Shown one piece after another: positions 11,722 to 17,732 of a stretch of DNA of 64,000 bases. The DNA is taken from NCBI GenBank assembly GCA_038533895.1, contig JBCAXU010000006.1, positions 8,874-72,873 on the forward strand, in the 5' to 3' direction. A model generated the notes under the pieces. The model made no database searches, was not told where the DNA came from, and saw only the letters and a list, made by a program, of their open reading frames with translations. The position numbers were made by a program, and so were the translations under genes. Origin of the DNA: Pseudomonadota bacterium. GTDB taxonomy: Bacteria > Pseudomonadota > Gammaproteobacteria > Enterobacterales > Vibrionaceae. Each line of letters opens with the position of its first letter. The stretch's first letter is position 1.

Positions 11722-11814
11722 ATGCCACGTAATTCGTGCTCTAAAAAGCGTATTACACTGGGTAAGCCAATGTGCTTACTGGCTGGGTATTTCACTGTTT
11801 CCATCTGTTTTTGA
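11722..11814 (+). CDS. Putative pyrBI leader peptide (30 codons, pyrL-like)
   Basis: The RBS ggagg lies 10 nt upstream of the ATG. The ORF ([30 protein letters not shown]) ends with TGA at 11812-11814, at the 5' edge of the attenuator hairpin. A T-rich pause-like stretch (ctgtttccatctgttttt) precedes the stop. It is in a different frame from the ORF-track extension of pyrB. Confidence 0.5.
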   Translation: MPRNSCSKKRITLGKPMCLLAGYFTVSICF

Positions 11815-11843
11815 AGCCTCCCTTTATGGGGGGCTTTTTTATT
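11814..11843 (+). terminator. pyrBI attenuator (intrinsic terminator in the leader)
   Basis: Stem aagcctccc / gggggggctt (one G-U pair) with a 5-nt loop, followed by ttttttatt. It sits 30 nt upstream of the pyrB ATG. Confidence 0.7.
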
Positions 11844-11872
11844 GCCTAATATTCATGACTGGGAAGATGATT

Positions 11873-12802
11873 ATGACAAACACGCTTTATAATAAGCACA
11901 TTATCTCGATTCCGGAGCTCTCTCGCACAGAGCTGGAGTTGATTGTCAAAACAGCAGGTGAACTGAAAGCAGAGCAAAAGCCAGAGCTGATTAAAAATAA
12001 GGTGATTGCGAGCTGTTTTTTTGAACCATCAACCCGCACCCGCCTCTCTTTTGAAACGGCGATTCAGCGTATCGGCGGCAGCGTGATTGGTTTTGATAAC
12101 GGTGGCAACACCTCTTTAGCCAAGAAAGGGGAAACGCTCGCCGATTCAGTCCAAGTCATCTCCTCGTATGTTGATGCATTTGTGATGCGTCACCCACAAG
12201 AGGGCGCCGCTCGTCTCGCCTCTGAATTCTCAAACGGTGTGCCTGTGATCAACGCCGGTGACGGCGCTAACCAACACCCAACCCAGACGCTACTCGATTT
12301 ATTCTCTATCGCGGAAACACAAGGGCGCTTAGACAATCTCAATGTTGCCTTCGTTGGCGATCTCAAATATGGCCGCACCGTGCACTCCTTGACTCAAGCG
12401 TTAGCCAAATTCAACAATGTGCGCTTCTACTTTATCGCACCTGAAGCGCTAGCCATGCCTGACTATATCTGTGAAGAGTTGGATGAGGCAGGCATTGCCT
12501 ACAGCCTACACACCGATATGGAAAGCGTGGTACCTGAGCTCGATATCCTGTACATGACCCGAGTACAGAAAGAGCGCTTTGACGAGTCAGAGTACGCCCA
12601 TATTAAATCGGCCTACATTCTAACCGGAGCCTTGCTAAAAGACGCTCGCGACAACCTGAAAGTGCTGCATCCACTTCCTCGTGTTGATGAAATTACCGTC
12701 GATGTCGACAAAACACCGCACGCCTACTATTTCCAGCAGGCAGAGAATGGTGTTTACGCTCGTGAAGCGCTACTGGCACTGGTTTTAAATCAAACACTGT
12801 AA
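11873..12802 (+). CDS. pyrB: Aspartate carbamoyltransferase catalytic subunit
   Basis: Motifs STRTR ([12 protein letters not shown]), HPTQ and HPLPR. The start is placed at MTNTLYNKH (11873; alternative 11867) because the upstream part of the 11714 ORF runs through the leader and attenuator. Confidence 0.95.
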   Translation: MTNTLYNKHIISIPELSRTELELIVKTAGELKAEQKPELIKNKVIASCFFEPSTRTRLSFETAIQRIGGSVIGFDNGGNTSLAKKGETLADSVQVISSYVDAFVMRHPQEGAARLASEFSNGVPVINAGDGANQHPTQTLLDLFSIAETQGRLDNLNVAFVGDLKYGRTVHSLTQALAKFNNVRFYFIAPEALAMPDYICEELDEAGIAYSLHTDMESVVPELDILYMTRVQKERFDESEYAHIKSAYILTGALLKDARDNLKVLHPLPRVDEITVDVDKTPHAYYFQQAENGVYAREALLALVLNQTL

Positions 12803-12819
12803 TCGAGGGAGACACCATC

Positions 12820-13281
12820 ATGAACAAAGAAACTCAGTTGCAGGTAGAAGCGATCAAAAACGGCACAGTGATCGACCACATCCCAGCACAAATTGGCATC
12901 AAGGTTCTAAAACTGTTTTCGATGCACAAGTCGCAGCAACGAGTCACGGTTGGTCTAAACTTACCGTCATCTGCGCTCGGCCACAAAGACCTACTCAAGA
13001 TTGAAAATGTGTTTATCAGTGAAGAGCAAGCCAGCAAACTGGCACTTTATGCGCCACATGCAACGGTCAATCAGATAGAAGACTATCAAGTGGTGAAAAA
13101 GCTGGCGTTGGAATTACCTGAGCAGATCAACAACGTGTTTGAATGTCCAAACAGCAACTGCATTAGCCACAACGAACCGGTTGAAACGAGCTTCAAGGTG
13201 TTTGAGAAACAGCAAGACATCCGCCTTAAGTGTAAATACTGCGAAAAAGTCTTCTCACGTGAGATCGTAACCGAGCGCTAA
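12820..13281 (+). CDS. pyrI: Aspartate carbamoyltransferase regulatory subunit
   Basis: 153 aa with the Zn-binding Cys pairs CPNSNC and CKYC. It lies immediately downstream of pyrB. Confidence 0.95.
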   Translation: MNKETQLQVEAIKNGTVIDHIPAQIGIKVLKLFSMHKSQQRVTVGLNLPSSALGHKDLLKIENVFISEEQASKLALYAPHATVNQIEDYQVVKKLALELPEQINNVFECPNSNCISHNEPVETSFKVFEKQQDIRLKCKYCEKVFSREIVTER

Positions 13282-13406
13282 TCCGCTTGCATCTAAGCTT
13301 TTCGTCCCCGCTTGATTAGGCGGGGATTATCGCTTTACGCGCCTGATAATTCGCGGCACACTGGACCACCTAAATTCTGCTAACCTATAACAGATGGAAC
13401 ATAACA

Positions 13407-13796
13407 ATGACTAAAGTCCTGCATACAGAATCTGCACCAGCAGCAATCGGCCCATATGTACAAGGTGTTGACCTCGGCAACATGGTTTTGACTTCTGGCC
13501 AGATCCCAGTCAACCCGAGTACAGGTGAAGTCTCTGCCGACATCGCAGAGCAAGCTCGTCAATCCCTAGAAAACGTAAAGGCCGTTGTCGAGTCATCTGG
13601 CCTGACGGTTTCTGACATCGTCAAAATGACTGTCTTCGTCAAAGACCTCAATGACTTTGGTACAGTGAACGACGTTTACGGCAAGTTCTTTGATGAGCAC
13701 CAAGTTGCAAACTACCCTGCACGTTCTTGTGTTGAGGTAGCGCGTCTACCAAAAGATGTCGGCATTGAGATCGAAGCGATCGCTGTGCGTAAATAA
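13407..13796 (+). CDS. ridA: RidA (YjgF/TdcF) enamine/imine deaminase
   Basis: 129 aa with the typical APAAIGPYVQG N-terminal motif and C-terminal ARSCVEVARLPKDV..EIEAIA. The pyrBI-ridA order matches E. coli. Confidence 0.92.
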   Translation: MTKVLHTESAPAAIGPYVQGVDLGNMVLTSGQIPVNPSTGEVSADIAEQARQSLENVKAVVESSGLTVSDIVKMTVFVKDLNDFGTVNDVYGKFFDEHQVANYPARSCVEVARLPKDVGIEIEAIAVRK

Positions 13797-13813
13797 ATAC
13801 CTGTCGATAATCG

Positions 13814-13843
13814 AAAAAAAGCGAGCCAAGGCTCGCTTTTTTG
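13814..13843 (+). terminator. Bidirectional-looking intrinsic terminator after ridA
   Basis: aaaaaaagcgagcc aa ggctcgctttttt: a GC stem flanked by an A-run and a T-run. Confidence 0.75.
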
Positions 13844-13872
13844 TTGGTCAATAATACCAAACAGGATAAATA

Positions 13873-14003
13873 AGTGTTCATATAATTGCGCAGGAAAAAT
13901 TGCTGAGAGCAAGGCATAGATTGCGGCTAGCTAGTTGCCCTACCTACAAAATCTATAACGACGCTATCAGCGATTTTAACCAGCAAGAATGACCAAATAT
14001 TTG
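13873..14003. repeat. Copy A of a ~130-nt structured palindromic intergenic repeat
   Basis: By-eye alignment gives about 86% identity over the ~111-nt core to 17497-17608. Shared blocks are aattgcgcaggaaaaat, gctagctagt and gattttaaccagcaagaatga. The element is internally self-complementary around the central gctagctag. Confidence 0.85.
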
Positions 14004-14022
14004 TGCTGTTTGGTATAATCAT

Positions 14023-14214
14023 CTAGTAGTACTGGTCGCAGCCTTGATGGAGCTGCGGGTTGTCAATAAGTTCTTGCACGTCGACCGCCATTTGCTGCTG
14101 AGATGATTGCTCTTCAATCAACACGCAATTGGTTTCTCTATCTACCACCAAAACCTTGCCAATTCCCTGCTGAAACTCAACCAGCATGCCCTTTTTGATC
14201 TGACAGATGTCCAT
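14023..14214 (-). CDS. Small hypothetical protein (63 aa)
   Basis: The ATG at 14214 is preceded by a strong RBS (gaggaga) at 6-nt spacing. The ORF track starts it two codons earlier, at a GTG. I do not recognise a family. Confidence 0.45.
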   Translation of the reverse strand: MDICQIKKGMLVEFQQGIGKVLVVDRETNCVLIEEQSSQQQMAVDVQELIDNPQLHQGCDQYY

Positions 14215-14265
14215 AATCACTCTCCTCTACATCTGTTGTTAATACGAACAGAGGGTTAAAGCGAT

Positions 14266-14293
14266 CAAAAAAGCCGACTCGAAAGTCGGCTTT
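14266..14293 (-). terminator. Intrinsic terminator after mdh
   Basis: On the minus strand: aaagccgact ttcg agtcggcttttttga, about 20 nt after the mdh stop. Confidence 0.75.
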
Positions 14294-14310
14294 GCATCAT
14301 TCAATAGGGC

Positions 14311-15246
14311 TTACTTGTTGACGAAATCAACACCAGTTTGGATGTCGCCGTTAAGCGTCTCAAGCATTCCGTCTAGTGCAGATTTTTCAAAATCACTTAG
14401 CTCACCATAGCTAAGAATTTCTTCTACACCGTCTTTACCCAGCTTCACTGGCTGTGCGAAGAATGGCGCATGTTCACCGTTGCCTTCAATGTAAGCGTAC
14501 TCAACCACTTCTTCACCTTGCAGAGCTTTCACTAGCGCTAGACCAAAGCGACATGCTGCTTGACCCATTGATAGCGTCGCACTACCGCCACCCGCTTTTG
14601 CTTCAACCACTTCGGTACCTGCGTTTTGAATGCGCTTAGTTAGTGCCGCCACTTCTTCATCGGTAAACTCAACACCTTCAACTTGAGAGAGCAACGGAAG
14701 AATCGTCACACCCGAGTGACCTCCAATAACAGGAACACGCACTTCACCTGGATCTTTGTCTTTTAGCTCTGCGACAAACGTTTCTGAGCGAATAACGTCA
14801 AGAGTAGTCACACCGAACAGGCGACGCTTGTCGTAAACGCCCGCTTGCTTAAGAACTTCTGCCGCGATAGGCACAGTCGTGTTCACTGGGTTAGTGATGA
14901 TACCCACCATGGCTTTAGGACAAACGTCAGCGATACGTTGAGCAAGAGATTTCACGATTCCCGCGTTTACATTGAACAGATCCGCACGATCCATGCCTGG
15001 CTTACGTGCCACACCAGCTGAGATCAATACCACATCAGCACCTTCTAGTGCTGGTGTCGGATCTTCGCCGGCGTAGCCTTTGATTGAAACTGGGGTTGGG
15101 ATGTGGCTTAGATCGGCAGCAACACCAGGAGTCACTGGTGCAATATCGTATAGAGCTAGATCTGAACCCGCTGGAAGACGGTTTTTAAGTAGAAGGGCTA
15201 GGGCTTGACCGATGCCACCTGCGGCACCAATAACAGCTACTTTCAT
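14311..15246 (-). CDS. mdh: Malate dehydrogenase (NAD)
   Basis: 311 aa with the N-terminal [20 protein letters not shown] Rossmann motif and the overall pattern of gammaproteobacterial Mdh. Confidence 0.97.
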   Translation of the reverse strand: MKVAVIGAAGGIGQALALLLKNRLPAGSDLALYDIAPVTPGVAADLSHIPTPVSIKGYAGEDPTPALEGADVVLISAGVARKPGMDRADLFNVNAGIVKSLAQRIADVCPKAMVGIITNPVNTTVPIAAEVLKQAGVYDKRRLFGVTTLDVIRSETFVAELKDKDPGEVRVPVIGGHSGVTILPLLSQVEGVEFTDEEVAALTKRIQNAGTEVVEAKAGGGSATLSMGQAACRFGLALVKALQGEEVVEYAYIEGNGEHAPFFAQPVKLGKDGVEEILSYGELSDFEKSALDGMLETLNGDIQTGVDFVNK

Positions 15247-15520
15247 CGTAGTTCTCCTTGAGAAGATTCTCTTATATATGTTTTGTAGGGCGGTTTAAAA
15301 TCGGGTACGCCCAAGCTAAACCAATCACAACCTGATTACAATCAATTAACGTCAGCTTTGCGACCTTGCGCAATCCGACAAAAACGAGCTAGAACTCGGT
15401 GAGCATTATGTTGGTCTTCACCTTGAATGACAAAGGGTTAACGCCAATTCATTACCGTGATTTTTTGTCAGTTTACAGTGATACGTTAGACAGATTTGCC
15501 TGTTGCCGTTGGCACTAAAT

Positions 15521-15545
15521 GCATAGCTATGCGAGAATATTCACT
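15521..15545 (+). promoter_or_regulatory. Putative ArgR autoregulatory operator
   Basis: A perfect 12-bp palindrome GCATAGCTATGC (15521-15532) overlaps an ARG-box-like tatgcgagaatattcact (15528-15545). It lies 35-60 nt upstream of the argR ATG. Confidence 0.4.
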
Positions 15546-15579
15546 TGCTTTTGATACTCACAAACATAGAAACCAAGCC

Positions 15580-16050
15580 ATGCGCCATTCTGAAAAACAA
15601 GATAACCTCGTTCGTGCTTTTAAAGCCCTGTTAAAAGAGGAACGTTTTGGTTCCCAAGGCGATATTGTTGAAGCTCTTAAAAATGAAGGGTTCGAAAATA
15701 TCAACCAGTCCAAAGTGTCACGTATGTTAACCAAATTTGGCGCGGTTCGTACCCGTAATGCCAAAATGGAGATGGTCTATTGCTTACCTGCAGAGTTGGG
15801 AGTCCCGACAGTGTCAAGTTCACTGCGTGAGTTAGTGCTTGATATTGACCACAATAATGCTTTGGTAGTCATTCACACCGGCCCAGGCGCTGCGCAGTTG
15901 ATTGCTCGATTGCTCGACTCACTGGGTAAAGCTGAGGGAATACTTGGGGTTGTTGCCGGTGATGACACTATTTTCATTACCCCGACCTTGTCGATTACTA
16001 CTGAGCAATTGTTCGACTCAGTCTGCGACCTTTTTGAGTACACTGGCTGA
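15580..16050 (+). CDS. argR: Arginine repressor
   Basis: 156 aa starting at [23 protein letters not shown]. It has a winged-helix region ([14 protein letters not shown]) and the C-terminal GDDTIFI motif. The ORF-track start at 15496 would read through the operator region. Confidence 0.93.
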   Translation: MRHSEKQDNLVRAFKALLKEERFGSQGDIVEALKNEGFENINQSKVSRMLTKFGAVRTRNAKMEMVYCLPAELGVPTVSSSLRELVLDIDHNNALVVIHTGPGAAQLIARLLDSLGKAEGILGVVAGDDTIFITPTLSITTEQLFDSVCDLFEYTG

Positions 16051-16379
16051 TCCCCATCCACACAAATCTTAGATTCACGCCGTCAATATTGCGGCGTGAT
16101 TCAGATCACATCTTAAAAAAATCACCCCTTAGAACTAGAGCTGACTTAACTAATTGATTGTTATACCAATTGGAATCAAAACAATCCTGCCACATTCCGA
16201 TTTCATATAGGCATAATGACTATATTTTTTAACACACGTGTAATTATGTGCCAATTTTTTGCTATTATTCAGCCACTTTTTCAACATACGGATTGAAAAA
16301 GATGCCGTTTCCAACATGAGGAAACTCCCTAAACAACTACACTTGTTTAGGGTTAATAATGAATAAGGAAGGGAAATTC

Positions 16380-17348
16380 ATGGCATTGAACAAACTTATT
16401 AAAGTTGGTGCGATTGCAGCTGCTGTTATGGGCGCTGGCGCAGTTAACGCTCAAGAGTTCATCACTATTGGTACTGGTTCTGTAACTGGTGTTTACTACC
16501 CAACTGGTGGTGCAATCTGTAAGCTAGTTAACAAAGGCCGTAAAGAGCACAATATTCGTTGTTCTGTAGAATCAACTGGTGGTTCAATCTACAACGTCAA
16601 CACTATCCGCGCTGGCGAGCTAGATTTCGGTATCGTTCAGTCTGACTGGCAGTACCACGGCTACAACGGTACAAGTAAGTTTGCTGAACAAGGCCCGTAC
16701 AAAGAACTACGTGCAGTGTTCTCTCTACACACAGAACCATTCAACATCATCGCACGCAGTGACGCAGGTATCGAAAATGTTGCAGACCTAAAAGGTAAGC
16801 GCGTGAATATCGGTAACCCTGGTTCAGGTGACCGTGCGACAATGGGTGTGGTAATGGAAGCAATGGGCTGGACCAACGACGACTTCAAACTCGCGTCGGA
16901 ACTAAAAGGCTCTGAGCGTTCTCAAGCACTATGTGATAACAAAATCGACGCATTCGTTTATGTGGTTGGTCACCCAAATGGATCAATCAAAGAAGCAACC
17001 ACGTCTTGTGATGCGAAGCTTGTATCTGCGACCGGTGCGAAGATCGACGAGATCGTTGCTAACAACCCTTACTACGCATACAGCACAGTACCAGCGGGTA
17101 TGTACCGCGGCACTGAAAACGACGTAAATAGCTTTGGTGTTGCTGCAACTATGGTAACCACTACCAACGTTTCTGACGACGTGGCTTACAACGTAGCGAA
17201 ATCAGTATTCGAAAACTTCGATACTTTCAAACGTCTACACCCAGCGTTCGCTAACCTCAAGAAAGAAGACATGGTGAAAGCTGGTCTATCTATCCCTCTA
17301 CACCCTGGTGCAGAGAAATACTACAAAGAGATCGGCCTACTTAAGTAA
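16380..17348 (+). CDS. TAXI-family TRAP transporter solute receptor
   Basis: Signal peptide MALNKLIKVGAIAAAVMGAGAVNAQE, with the RBS aaggaaggg 6 nt upstream of 16380 (the ORF opens at 16359). TAXI-like motifs GTGSVTGVYYPTGG and HPGAEKYYKE. Confidence 0.88.
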   Translation: MALNKLIKVGAIAAAVMGAGAVNAQEFITIGTGSVTGVYYPTGGAICKLVNKGRKEHNIRCSVESTGGSIYNVNTIRAGELDFGIVQSDWQYHGYNGTSKFAEQGPYKELRAVFSLHTEPFNIIARSDAGIENVADLKGKRVNIGNPGSGDRATMGVVMEAMGWTNDDFKLASELKGSERSQALCDNKIDAFVYVVGHPNGSIKEATTSCDAKLVSATGAKIDEIVANNPYYAYSTVPAGMYRGTENDVNSFGVAATMVTTTNVSDDVAYNVAKSVFENFDTFKRLHPAFANLKKEDMVKAGLSIPLHPGAEKYYKEIGLLK

Positions 17349-17357
17349 GTCTCTCTT

Positions 17358-17385
17358 GTGTCAAGGAGGGTTCCCTCCTTGACAC
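17358..17385 (+). other. Intercistronic 13-bp stem-loop after the TAXI receptor gene
   Basis: gtgtcaaggaggg tt ccctccttgacac is a perfect inverted repeat 10 nt after the stop codon. Only a distal weak T tract follows (attgtttt). Confidence 0.6.
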
Positions 17386-17484
17386 ACAATCATATTGTTT
17401 TAAAAACAACACCTTTTTTGAGTTTCGCCTTGTTGAAACTCTTTCTGTTTCTGTGTCTAAGAAAATGTACCTATGTCATTAATT

Positions 17485-17616
17485 ATGTGTTCAGAAAATT
17501 GCGCAGGAAAAATCGCTGGAAACAAGGCAAAGATTGCAGCTAGCTAGTGGCTCTAACTACAAAATCTTTAACGATGTTTACGGCGATTTTAACCAGCAAG
17601 AATGATCCGATAATTG
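17485..17616. repeat. Copy B of the ~130-nt structured palindromic repeat
   Basis: See copy A. This copy lies between the TAXI receptor and TRAP permease genes. Confidence 0.85.
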
Positions 17617-17732
17617 ATGAAATAGGTACTGTTAACTGAGCAATATTTCATCTTTTCACTACACTAAAAGATGCTGAATAAAGGTTCGAATAATCAAAAT
17701 CATACGGACCACTTATAATAAGGATTTAGTCC

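Noticed and set aside
11714-11872. 53-codon N-terminal extension of pyrB in the ORF track (GTG start at 11714).
   Set aside because: It reads straight through the leader peptide region and the attenuator hairpin with its T-run. The conserved ATCase N-terminus begins at MTNTLYNKH (11873).
13648-13917. ORFs crossing the palindromic repeat copies (13648-13917 -, 13712-13912 -, 17358-17543 +).
   Set aside because: The ORFs lie on opposite strands in the two copies and also cover terminator hairpins. The substitutions between copies preserve base pairing, not a reading frame.
13873-14003. The repeat as a CsrB-like or Qrr-like sRNA.
   Set aside because: It has only one or two GGA motifs and no Qrr conserved core (no ggaccc...tagccaactgac-type sequence). 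I keep it as an unclassified structured repeat.
15496-15579. 28-codon N-terminal extension of argR.
   Set aside because: It covers the palindromic operator and promoter region. ArgR homologues start near MRHSEKQ... and are about 156 aa long.
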